Positions 1 through 8,208 of a DNA stretch of 64,000 nucleotides are shown piece by piece (position 1 is the first letter of the stretch; every line of letters begins with the position of its first letter). Made by a program: the position numbers and the translations under genes. This DNA comes from an uncultured Pseudobdellovibrionaceae bacterium (lineage in GTDB: Bacteria; Bdellovibrionota; Bdellovibrionia; Bdellovibrionales; UBA1609). The DNA lies in assembly GCA_964628445.1 (NCBI GenBank), contig CAZVOP010000001.1, positions 27,355 to 91,354 on the forward strand, read 5' to 3'. The notes under the pieces were generated by a model. That model did not search any database and was not told where the DNA came from. It worked only from the letters and a program-made list of their open reading frames with translations.

Positions 1-126
1 GGCGGGATAATCGGGCATGTAGCCCACGCCGCCGGCGATGCCCATCTCGATCAGTGGTTTGGTGAGCATGGTCTCGGCGAAAGCATAAGGTTGAAAAAAT
101 AGAATAAGCGCGAACAGAATCTTCAT
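1..126 (-). CDS. Secreted/envelope protein, N-terminal fragment (gene continues past window start); weak MipA/OmpV-like resemblance
   Basis: Own translation of the reverse complement from ATG at 126: MKILFALILFFQPYAFAETMLTKPLIEMGIAGGVGYMPDYPA. Hydrophobic signal-peptide-like N-terminus. Frame is open to position 1. Confidence 0.35.
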   Translation of the reverse strand, partial: MKILFALILFFQPYAFAETMLTKPLIEMGIAGGVGYMPDYPA

Positions 127-153
127 TGTGACGATCAGTTTGATCGGTGGAAT

Positions 154-489
154 TTAGATTGTCGAGAAATTACGAATCGCTTCGCGGTATTCCTGGAAGA
201 GCGACTGGAACCCGATGCCGACTTTGGCTTTTTCGTTGTGATTGCCCTCGATAAAGTAAAGCACCTTGCCGCGGGCGCGGATGTACGTGTCGTTGACTAC
301 GAAATGGATTGTGATGACTTCGCCGACGGACATCGGAAGTTTGGTGTAAACCAGCATTCCGCCTTCGCCGACTTGCAGGGTCTCGGAAACTTCAGCCTGC
401 AATTCATGAAAAAGCACCGTGCGTGCCGAGCATTTTTTGCGTGGATAGCGCCTACGGCTGTCTTGTTTTGAGTCGTCAGTATCCATCAT
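154..489 (-). CDS. PilZ domain protein (c-di-GMP receptor family)
   Basis: ORF 154..627 trimmed to the ATG at 489 (MMDTDDSKQ...). RRRYPRKK (RxxxR-type motif) is followed by a beta-rich domain with ...QVGEGGMLV..., as in PilZ domains. Confidence 0.55.
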   Translation of the reverse strand: MMDTDDSKQDSRRRYPRKKCSARTVLFHELQAEVSETLQVGEGGMLVYTKLPMSVGEVITIHFVVNDTYIRARGKVLYFIEGNHNEKAKVGIGFQSLFQEYREAIRNFSTI

Positions 490-614
490 GATTTTGGGAT
501 CCCCACATTTTTGTATCGGCAGGTTTGGGCCAGACTTTAGGAGGGTTCTCATATTGAGACATCGCGATTGACTCCGGCGTGCAAGAGTTGCATTAATTTC
601 ACCTGGAGGCGGAT

Positions 615-731
615 ATGATAAATACAAAAGGTAAAAAGAAGGCTGGCAAGAAGCGCCAGAAGAACAAGCACCATGCCAAGCGGTTGGCGAAGAAGCGTAA
701 GCTGCGTAAGCGTTTTAGCACGAAAAAGTAG
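615..731 (+). CDS. Small (38 aa) extremely basic Lys/Arg-rich protein
   Basis: Not in the ORF track (under 60 aa). ATG at 615 is preceded by GGAGG at 605-609 (5-nt spacer). Own translation: MINTKGKKKAGKKRQKNKHHAKRLAKKRKLRKRFSTKK, stop TAG 729-731. Confidence 0.5.
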   Translation: MINTKGKKKAGKKRQKNKHHAKRLAKKRKLRKRFSTKK

Positions 732-764
732 TCTTGCGGAGGGTCGCACTCTGGCATAAACAGA

Positions 765-2630
765 GTGGACATGAAGCGGATTGTTCAAATCAGTTTTGTT
801 TTAGGATTGGCCGTTTTCGCGGCGGCCATGCTCGCTTTCCAAATTCATGAAATTCCCACCGTTGCTAAAATTAAGAAGAGCTTTCTGCCCTCGGTGAGAA
901 TCGTCGTTGATCGTGACGGCCAAATCATCGATCAAGTCCAAGGCAGACAGAATCCCAAATATAGCCGGCTTCCTTGGATCGATCTCACGCAGGTTCCACC
1001 ACGGCTGCGCGACCTTTTACGAAAATCCGAAGGCCATCGGCTCGGCTATCGCACGAGTGCGTTGGTGCAAAAGGCCATCGGCCGCGGCAATAGTTGGCTG
1101 AAGACGCTGGCTTTGCAAATGGCTTGGAAGGATGAGCAAATTCTTGAGGCCTTCGTCAATCTTTCTGTTTTTAACGGGAATATGCAGGGGCTAAATGCCG
1201 CAAGCTTCGCGCTGTTTGATAAGCCCGCCTTGGAAATGGATCAGCCGGAAACGGCGCTGGTGGTGTCCCTTCTTCATCATCGGTTGGGCGACACCGAAGG
1301 CTTACGCAAAGAGGCTTGCCGGTTGTTAGGTGAGATCGGGTCGCAGGAAGCCTGCGCGCTGTTGAGCGCACAGCACTTAAACTATTTGGCGAAAAGTTTC
1401 AGCATTCAGCCTTACATGAAAATGGCACCGCATATCGCGCGCGAGCTTGCGGGCAGTGAGCAGTTGCGCGAGCAAGTGATTGTGCGTTCAACAATTGACC
1501 GCAATGCGCAGTGGTCGGCTTTGCACGCTTTGCAAAGCGGCAACCAAAACGGCGCGATCGTCGCGATGGAAAACAACACGGGTGATATTTTGGTTTACGT
1601 CGGCAATATCGGGGCGACGGCTAAAACTCCTTATGTCGATGGGACTATGGAGGCGCACCCCGCGGGTTCGATGCTGAAACCGTTCGCCTTCGCACAGGCG
1701 CTGGATGAACACATCGTGACATTGAACACGGGGCTTGAAACTTCACCCAGCGCTTCGGCGCCGAACATGGTGAGCGTGCGCAAAGCGCTGGCGGCCAATC
1801 TCAATGTGCCGTCGGTGAAGGTGTTGGAACTTGTCGGCGCGGATTCGTTCGTACGCTTGTTAAAACAATTGGGTTTTGCGCATCTTGAGCGCGCCGGCTT
1901 TTATGGTCCGTCGCTTGTACTGGGTTCGGCGGACGTGCGCTTGCTTGAACTCACCAATGCTTACCGTGCGCTGGCCAACTTTGGACAATGGTCGCCGGCC
2001 CGTTTGTCCCCGGACTTAATTTCGGAGCTGGCTCCGAAAAAGATTTTCTCTAAGGCCACGGCTTATCTGATCGGCGATATATTGAATAAAAATTCGCACA
2101 CGGGTTTCTGGTCGGCACGGCAATGCCTCGAGAACTGGTGCGTGGGGTATTCGGAGAAATTTACGGTTGGGGTTTGGAGCGAAGGCCGTGCGGCCGGGGA
2201 TATTTGGTCCACGGTGATGAATCATCTTCAGCAAAGCGAAAAGAGCGAAGCGCCCATGGCTCCGGCGGGTTTAACCCGGTTGGGTAATGAGTGGTTCATC
2301 AAGGGTACCGAGCCGGTGGTCGAAATGCCCGGCCGTCTGAAGCCGCTTGCATCTTACAAAAGCCGTATTTCTTTTCCGCTCGATCGCTCGCTGATCGCGG
2401 TCGGGCCCGACGTGAATAAAAAGAAATCGCCGATGTTTATTCAGGTGGTGGCGCCCCGCGCGGATCAAAATCTTTACCTCAATGGGCGCAGGCTCGGAAG
2501 GGCGCAAACTCTACAGCCATGGGAGCCCGAAAGCGGGCGTTATCGTTTGGAGCTGCGTGACTCTCAGGGTCAGGTGCTCGACAAGGTTCAATTTGTCGTC
2601 CGTGGCCGCCGTTTTGCGCAAAACCTTTGA
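765..2630 (+). CDS. Penicillin-binding protein 1C-like (PbpC family) with apparently degenerate catalytic motifs
   Basis: N-terminal TM anchor. GT51-like core (KDEQILEAFVNLSVFNGNMQGLNAASFALFDKP). Transpeptidase SxxK (GSMLKPF, nt 1668-1679). C-terminal PBP1C-type domain (ISFPLDRSLIAV...LYLNGRRLG...GRYRLELRDSQGQVLDKVQFVV). Start may be ATG at 771. Confidence 0.7.
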   Translation: MDMKRIVQISFVLGLAVFAAAMLAFQIHEIPTVAKIKKSFLPSVRIVVDRDGQIIDQVQGRQNPKYSRLPWIDLTQVPPRLRDLLRKSEGHRLGYRTSALVQKAIGRGNSWLKTLALQMAWKDEQILEAFVNLSVFNGNMQGLNAASFALFDKPALEMDQPETALVVSLLHHRLGDTEGLRKEACRLLGEIGSQEACALLSAQHLNYLAKSFSIQPYMKMAPHIARELAGSEQLREQVIVRSTIDRNAQWSALHALQSGNQNGAIVAMENNTGDILVYVGNIGATAKTPYVDGTMEAHPAGSMLKPFAFAQALDEHIVTLNTGLETSPSASAPNMVSVRKALAANLNVPSVKVLELVGADSFVRLLKQLGFAHLERAGFYGPSLVLGSADVRLLELTNAYRALANFGQWSPARLSPDLISELAPKKIFSKATAYLIGDILNKNSHTGFWSARQCLENWCVGYSEKFTVGVWSEGRAAGDIWSTVMNHLQQSEKSEAPMAPAGLTRLGNEWFIKGTEPVVEMPGRLKPLASYKSRISFPLDRSLIAVGPDVNKKKSPMFIQVVAPRADQNLYLNGRRLGRAQTLQPWEPESGRYRLELRDSQGQVLDKVQFVVRGRRFAQNL

Positions 2631-2661
2631 AAATTTCCATAAGTCGGCCTAACTACTCTCT

Positions 2662-3978
2662 ATGGCTAACAAAATTCAAAAACGCGTTCTTCCCTCTTAT
2701 GTTATCGACAATGTGCAAATTTGGACCGCCGAGCGCGGAGTGATTCCGAACTCACGTGTGTGGGTCGAGAACGGAAAGCTGAAGGCTTTTGGACCGGACG
2801 TGCAAGCCGAGGATGCGAAAATTAGAATCGACGGCGGCGGAAAAGTTTTGATGCCGGCTGGAGTGGATGCTCAGACCCATTTGCGCGTGCCGGGACAAAG
2901 CCACAAAGAAACGCCCGCGACCGGATTAACGGCGGCATTGAAGGGCGGATACTCCGCATTGCTCACGATGCCGAACACTCAGCCGACCATCGATTCGGTC
3001 GAGATCCTGAATAAAGGCAAAGCCGAAGTGAAACCTTTCGAGGACGATTTCGGTGTGCAAGTTTTTTGGTCGGCGGCGATCACTAAAAAATTAAATTCCG
3101 ACGAATGGACGGACTATCGTGAACTCGTCGACCAAGGGGTTCGTGCTTTTACCAATGACGGTTTAGGAGTCGCTTCCGATGAAGTGATGGATGAAGCGTT
3201 TAAGCGTTTGGAAAGTTTAAACGTTCCGCTACTCCAGCACGCGGAATTTTTGGGCCACGGCGGAAGTCTTGCGCCCGGACCCGTGCAAGAAAAAGTCGGC
3301 GCTTCGCCATACCCAAGCGAGCCGGAATGGAAGATGGTCGAGCGCGATATTCGTGAATTAAAAAAACATCCGCGCGCAAAGTATCATGTTTTGCATGTTT
3401 CCAGCCGTCACACTCTGGATTTTGTAAAACGCGCGCGCGCCGAGAAGTTGCAAGTCAGCGCCGAAGTGACGCCTCATCATTTGTTTTTCAATACCGAAAC
3501 GATTGATCCCGACAATATGGCTTTTAAAATGAATCCGCCGATCCGCGGACCAGAAGATCAAAAAGCGTTGTGGCAAGCTCTAGGGGACGGGACTTTGAAT
3601 TTCGTCGCGACCGATCATGCGCCACATGAAAATTTGATGAAGAACGGTTCATTCGACAAAGTCGCGTTCGGCACTTTGGGCTTAGAGACCACTATTCCTG
3701 TTTTGATATGGGGAATGCAGCAAGGTTATTTGGACGAAAAGCGGTTTGTGGAGGTCTTTGCGACGAAGCCCGCGGAATTTTTGAATTTGCCCGCCGGTTA
3801 CGGAAAATTCATGATCGATCAGCCTTTCCATGCAGTATGGGTGGATATCGGCCATCCGGCGGAGACCTATAAGCAAGCAGACATTGCCAGCCTTTCTAAA
3901 AATAGCTGCTTTGTCGGAGCTCAGTTACCTGGTAAAATTTTGGGAGCATTCCACGAGCAGCGCGCATTTACATTTTAG
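2662..3978 (+). CDS. pyrC: Dihydroorotase-like amidohydrolase (type I PyrC family)
   Basis: Motifs PAGVDAQTHLRVPGQ, MPNTQP, RAFTNDG, HVLHVSS and ATDHAPH are collinear with type I dihydroorotases. The first His of the HxH metal motif is Gln. Confidence 0.7.
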   Translation: MANKIQKRVLPSYVIDNVQIWTAERGVIPNSRVWVENGKLKAFGPDVQAEDAKIRIDGGGKVLMPAGVDAQTHLRVPGQSHKETPATGLTAALKGGYSALLTMPNTQPTIDSVEILNKGKAEVKPFEDDFGVQVFWSAAITKKLNSDEWTDYRELVDQGVRAFTNDGLGVASDEVMDEAFKRLESLNVPLLQHAEFLGHGGSLAPGPVQEKVGASPYPSEPEWKMVERDIRELKKHPRAKYHVLHVSSRHTLDFVKRARAEKLQVSAEVTPHHLFFNTETIDPDNMAFKMNPPIRGPEDQKALWQALGDGTLNFVATDHAPHENLMKNGSFDKVAFGTLGLETTIPVLIWGMQQGYLDEKRFVEVFATKPAEFLNLPAGYGKFMIDQPFHAVWVDIGHPAETYKQADIASLSKNSCFVGAQLPGKILGAFHEQRAFTF

Positions 3979-3992
3979 TTAGGAGCCGCCCA

Positions 3993-6020
3993 GTGAACCG
4001 ATTTTTGGCTTTAGCATTTCTTGCGGTTTTTTCTTTCCCGAGCCTTGCCGATAAAGATTTTTCCTCGTGGCGCAAGCATTCCAGCGGTGAGCTGATACAA
4101 GAGACGACGGCACTGGCGGGCGGAAGCCAAGGCACCATCGGCTTGCTTATTCATCTCAAAGACAATTGGCATACCTACTGGGTAAATCCCGGCGATTCAG
4201 GCACGGCGATTCGCTTAAGTTTTAAGAATTCCCACGGTGTAAAGGTGAAACAGATTTTGCACCCGCTTCCCCACCGCATTGTGGCTGGTCCGTTGGTTTC
4301 ATTCGGTTACTCCGAAGACGTGCTGCTTCCCATCGAAGTGGAACTCGCGGACACTTTGCGCCCCGGTGACAAAGTGGATTTTGAGGTCGAGGCCGAATGG
4401 TTGGTTTGTGAAGATGTTTGCATCCCGGCCTTTGACACCTTCAAGCTCAGTGTGCCGGTGGCGGCGCTTGACGACGTGAAGCCCTCGAATCATTTCGCAC
4501 TCTTTCAAAAGACACGCGCCGAATTGCCCAAAGTTCAGTCGTCGTTCCCGCATCTTGCGGCCGGCGATTCGACCGTTGAGCTCAAGGTGGGCGAGGCTAA
4601 GAACCTCGAGTTCGTCGATTTCTTTCCGTTTCGGAATTCCGGCGTCACCAATGCCAAAGCCGAAGTCATGGGCAAAGATCCGCTCCATCTGCGTTTTGAG
4701 AAGTCGTCGGTGGCTCAAGTCAATGCGGATCGGGTCGGCGTGCTTGTGCTGCGCGATCCCGCTTCCGGAAAAACGGAAAGTTGGCAGTTGGGCGATTCGG
4801 GTTGGACCTTTGAGGAGGCGGGAAGTGCTCCGAAGCACAGTCTTTGGTGGATGCTATTGTCGGCATTCCTTGGCGGCTTGATTTTAAATCTCATGCCTTG
4901 CGTGTTTCCGATTTTGTCGTTGAAATTTTTAAGTCTGATGAAGCTTACCGATTCGCAAAGCGGGGAAGTGCGCCGGCAGAATTTCGCCTACGTGGCGGGT
5001 GTATTGCTGTCCTTCCTTTTGGTCGCTTCGCTGCTTTCAGCCTTGAGGTCCGCGGGCCAATTTATCGGCTGGGGATTTCAGCTTCAGTCGCCGGTTTTTA
5101 TCAGTTTGCTCAGCTGGTTGTTTTTTGTTCTGTCGCTGAATTTGCTCGGGCTTTTTGAAATTGATTTTTTGAATACGAATTTAGGGAACCGTCTGACCCG
5201 CGCGGGCGGCCTTACCGGATCGTTCTTTACCGGTGTCCTTGCGGTAGTGGTGGCTTCGCCGTGCACGGCACCGTTTATGGGTGTGGCGCTGGGATTTGGG
5301 CTTACGCAATCGAATTGGATTTTACTCACTATATTTTTGACCTTGGGACTTGGACTGGCCTTTCCTTATTTGTTATTCGCGATTTTTCCGCATGCTATCC
5401 GCATTTTGCCTAAGCCGGGCAAGTGGATGAATACTTTGAAACAGGTCATGGCGTTCCCGCTTTTGCTGACGACTTTGTGGCTGATTTGGGTGCTTGGCCA
5501 AGTGCGCGGAATGAATGCGGTGATGGTTGTGCTGGGCGGATGCCTCACGCTTGCTTTTGCGATTTGGTTTGCGAAAAAAGAGCGGAAGTTCTCCAAAGTG
5601 GTCACCGCTCTGATTCTTTTGGGTGGACTGGTGTTTATTTACCGCTCGGAACAACAAGTGAACACGCTGATTGAGAGCGACGTTTGGAAACCTTATTCCG
5701 AGGCGACGATGGAGAGCATTAAAGGAAAAAATATTTTCGTCAATATGACCGCGGATTGGTGCCTGACCTGCAAGGTGAATGAGCGTTTGGTTTTCAATGA
5801 CAAAGATGTGATGGCGCTGCTTGAGGCTAAAGGCGTTATCCTGGTTAAGGGCGATTGGACGCAGCGAAATGAACAAATCACACGCTTCTTAAGCCGCTTT
5901 GATCGGGTAGGGGTTCCTTTTTATGTGCTTTATTCACCTCAGCATCCGCAAGGTCAGATATTGCCTGAAGTCCTAACCAAAAGTACCTTTATGGAGTTGA
6001 TACAAAAAGAGTATCCTTAA
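3993..6020 (+). CDS. dsbD: Thiol:disulfide interchange protein, DsbD family (N-terminal periplasmic domain, CcdA-like TM core, C-terminal thioredoxin)
   Basis: Signal peptide. TM-core Cys motifs LNLMPCVFPILSLK and VASPCTAPF. C-terminal TADWCLTCK (CxxC). AGGAG precedes the GTG start. Confidence 0.8.
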   Translation: MNRFLALAFLAVFSFPSLADKDFSSWRKHSSGELIQETTALAGGSQGTIGLLIHLKDNWHTYWVNPGDSGTAIRLSFKNSHGVKVKQILHPLPHRIVAGPLVSFGYSEDVLLPIEVELADTLRPGDKVDFEVEAEWLVCEDVCIPAFDTFKLSVPVAALDDVKPSNHFALFQKTRAELPKVQSSFPHLAAGDSTVELKVGEAKNLEFVDFFPFRNSGVTNAKAEVMGKDPLHLRFEKSSVAQVNADRVGVLVLRDPASGKTESWQLGDSGWTFEEAGSAPKHSLWWMLLSAFLGGLILNLMPCVFPILSLKFLSLMKLTDSQSGEVRRQNFAYVAGVLLSFLLVASLLSALRSAGQFIGWGFQLQSPVFISLLSWLFFVLSLNLLGLFEIDFLNTNLGNRLTRAGGLTGSFFTGVLAVVVASPCTAPFMGVALGFGLTQSNWILLTIFLTLGLGLAFPYLLFAIFPHAIRILPKPGKWMNTLKQVMAFPLLLTTLWLIWVLGQVRGMNAVMVVLGGCLTLAFAIWFAKKERKFSKVVTALILLGGLVFIYRSEQQVNTLIESDVWKPYSEATMESIKGKNIFVNMTADWCLTCKVNERLVFNDKDVMALLEAKGVILVKGDWTQRNEQITRFLSRFDRVGVPFYVLYSPQHPQGQILPEVLTKSTFMELIQKEYP

Positions 6021-6050
6021 CCGGATATTCTTAATATCCAGGAGGTTTTT

Positions 6051-6647
6051 ATGGTCCGTCATCTGTTGATCGCTTTCAGTCTGATTCTATGCGTACCGGC
6101 CTTCGCGGCGCCGAAAAACAATGAGCCGGCTCCTGATTTCAGCGCGAAGGGTGCGGACGGCAAAGACTATAAACTCAGTCAGTTTAAAGGAAAGACCGTC
6201 GTTCTTGAGTGGTTCAATAAGGATTGCCCTTATGTGCGCAAACACTATGACTCAAAAAATATGCAGAAGCTGCAAGAGCAAGCCAAGGCTAAAGGCACAG
6301 TTTGGTTGACGATCATTTCCTCGGCTGCCGGCAAAGAAGGTCATATGGATCCCGCGGCCGCGCAAAAAGTTTATACGGCGAAGGGGATGAGCAGCACGGC
6401 GCTTTTGCTTGATGACAAAGGTTTGATCGCAACCGCTTATGCCGCAAAAACAACTCCGCATATGTTCGTGATCGATAAGACCGGTAAACTTGTTTATCAA
6501 GGTGCAATCGATGACCGGCCAAGCGCTTCGGAGAAGAGCTTGGCGGGTGCGCAGAATTACGTGAGCCAAGCCTTAGCGGCTCTCGATGCGGGTGCCGTGC
6601 CTAAGCCGGACAGCACCGCTCCGTATGGATGCTCGGTTAAATACTGA
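6051..6647 (+). CDS. Periplasmic thioredoxin-fold (redoxin/AhpC-TSA-like) protein
   Basis: Signal peptide (CVPAFAAP). KTVVLEWFNKDCPYVRKHY sits at the position of a Trx-fold active site but carries only one Cys (CPYV). AGGAGG RBS. Lies immediately after the dsbD-like gene. Confidence 0.6.
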   Translation: MVRHLLIAFSLILCVPAFAAPKNNEPAPDFSAKGADGKDYKLSQFKGKTVVLEWFNKDCPYVRKHYDSKNMQKLQEQAKAKGTVWLTIISSAAGKEGHMDPAAAQKVYTAKGMSSTALLLDDKGLIATAYAAKTTPHMFVIDKTGKLVYQGAIDDRPSASEKSLAGAQNYVSQALAALDAGAVPKPDSTAPYGCSVKY

Positions 6648-6652
6648 TTGCA

Positions 6653-7096
6653 GTGAAACTTCGCTCACTGAGTCACTATTTGGGGATGGGTTATTTTATT
6701 CATCCCGTGCCGCTCTTCGCGGTTTTTATTTTGATACTGAACGATCATTATTTGAAAAGTCATTATCCCTCGGTGGTCACCGGTAAGCTTAGCGACCTGG
6801 CCGGCTTATTTTTCTTTCCCTTATTTCTATGCGCGCTGGTTTGTTTGGGCCGAAATTTGATCAGTCCAAGGCGCGAAGGGATTTATTGGCTGACCAAGCC
6901 ATTATTGCTGTCGATGATTGCCGTTACCGTGGCGGTTTTTGCATTGGTGAAGATGGTGCCCGTTGTGACCGATATCTATTTGTTGGTGCTGGGGAAGGTG
7001 GGGCTGCCCTCACGCGTGGTGAGGGATCCTTCTGACTTGGGGGCGCTTTTGGTTTTGCCGTTCACTTATCTATTTGGGAGCAAATTTATTGAATAG
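6653..7096 (+). CDS. Integral membrane protein, unknown function
   Basis: 147-aa ORF with 4 hydrophobic segments. Start (GTG 6653) is uncertain. Confidence 0.4.
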   Translation: MKLRSLSHYLGMGYFIHPVPLFAVFILILNDHYLKSHYPSVVTGKLSDLAGLFFFPLFLCALVCLGRNLISPRREGIYWLTKPLLLSMIAVTVAVFALVKMVPVVTDIYLLVLGKVGLPSRVVRDPSDLGALLVLPFTYLFGSKFIE

Positions 7097-7457
7097 CGAT
7101 TGTGCAGTTGGCGACTCCATTGTCATAGCAGGAGTAGATATAGGCATGCTCATCTTCATCCGAATAGGTCGGAAGGCATATCCTTTGGATCGCTCCGACC
7201 GTGCCGACGACTTCGCTTGTGCCGTTAACGATGGGCGATGGAAAGCCGAAATCGGTGTATGAGGTCGCGGTGCCGCCGATGACTTGGAAGTTGGCGACGA
7301 TCACATCTCCCTGCCGCACGGGGGTCACGCAATCGGAGCTCACCTTGTAGGTGCCGTTGTCTAAGGTGCGGGTTCCACCATTGGAGGTCGCGACGACCGC
7401 CCAAAGAGTCGAAAGCAGGGCTGCGACAGAGAAAATATTCTTTAAATTAAAGTCCAT
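7086..7457 (-). CDS. Small secreted protein, unknown function
   Basis: 123 aa with a signal-peptide-like N-terminus (FSVAALLSTLWAVVATS). Overlaps the upstream OMP gene by 11 nt. Confidence 0.45.
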   Translation of the reverse strand: MDFNLKNIFSVAALLSTLWAVVATSNGGTRTLDNGTYKVSSDCVTPVRQGDVIVANFQVIGGTATSYTDFGFPSPIVNGTSEVVGTVGAIQRICLPTYSDEDEHAYIYSCYDNGVANCTIAIQ

Positions 7458-8082
7458 AGTTGATCCCCACGGTGACGATGTTGGCCGTGCGGTTTTCGTA
7501 AGTCACACAGCCGGACCATTCCCAAAAGAAATCGTAACAAACACTTAAGCCGCCATAAAGCCCGTTGCCGATGCCGTTAAAAAACGACGGTGTTTTGTCT
7601 TTGAACGAGCGGTTGTAGCCTATGCCGCCGACATCCGTGGATTGCTGACCCCAGGGGCTTAAGCCCAAGAAGCCCGAGAAGTACCAGTCGGTCTGAAGCA
7701 CGGCCGGGCGCCATGTCACGCCGCCGGTGAGCCAGGTTTGCATGTAGGTGGTCGAGACCGTGGAGGTGCGTCCTGCAGCGGAGATATATTCCTCGTTGTC
7801 CATGTATGAGAATTCAGGGCCGGCATAAAAATAAAACTCACGCCATTTTTCGGGGAAGGTTCGGTAAATGCCGACCGACATAAGAAAGGAGTTAAAGGTG
7901 TCGTGCTCCCACTTCTTCTCGATGTTTGAGTCGGCCGTATCGAAAAGAAATCCGCCGCGGTAATTGATAAAATGGTTGGGTCGTACAGAAGTGTCTATCG
8001 CCTGCGCTTGCGGAATGGCGAAAGTGAATGCGGCCAAACAGAACCCGACAGAAATAATTAATGTTTGTATCCAATTCTTCAT
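7447..8082 (-). CDS. Outer-membrane beta-barrel protein, unknown function
   Basis: ORF trimmed to MKNWIQTLIISVGFCLAAFTFAIPQAQA (signal peptide). Aromatic/Gly-rich alternating strands. Confidence 0.5.
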   Translation of the reverse strand: MKNWIQTLIISVGFCLAAFTFAIPQAQAIDTSVRPNHFINYRGGFLFDTADSNIEKKWEHDTFNSFLMSVGIYRTFPEKWREFYFYAGPEFSYMDNEEYISAAGRTSTVSTTYMQTWLTGGVTWRPAVLQTDWYFSGFLGLSPWGQQSTDVGGIGYNRSFKDKTPSFFNGIGNGLYGGLSVCYDFFWEWSGCVTYENRTANIVTVGINYGL

Positions 8083-8208
8083 AACAATAGCTTTACGAAG
8101 GTCGTTGCTTCTGTCACGCAATATCCTTAGGCTATTGAAAAGGTACGCCGTTCCGGATCCGCTCGAAAGCCGGGTGGACTTTCGAGGCGTACTTCAGGGG
8201 GATCTTCT

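Noticed and set aside
549-788. 79-aa minus-strand ORF spanning the PilZ/PBP intergenic region
   Set aside because: It overlaps both the small basic ORF (which has a strong RBS) and the start of the PBP gene. It has no RBS and no recognisable features.
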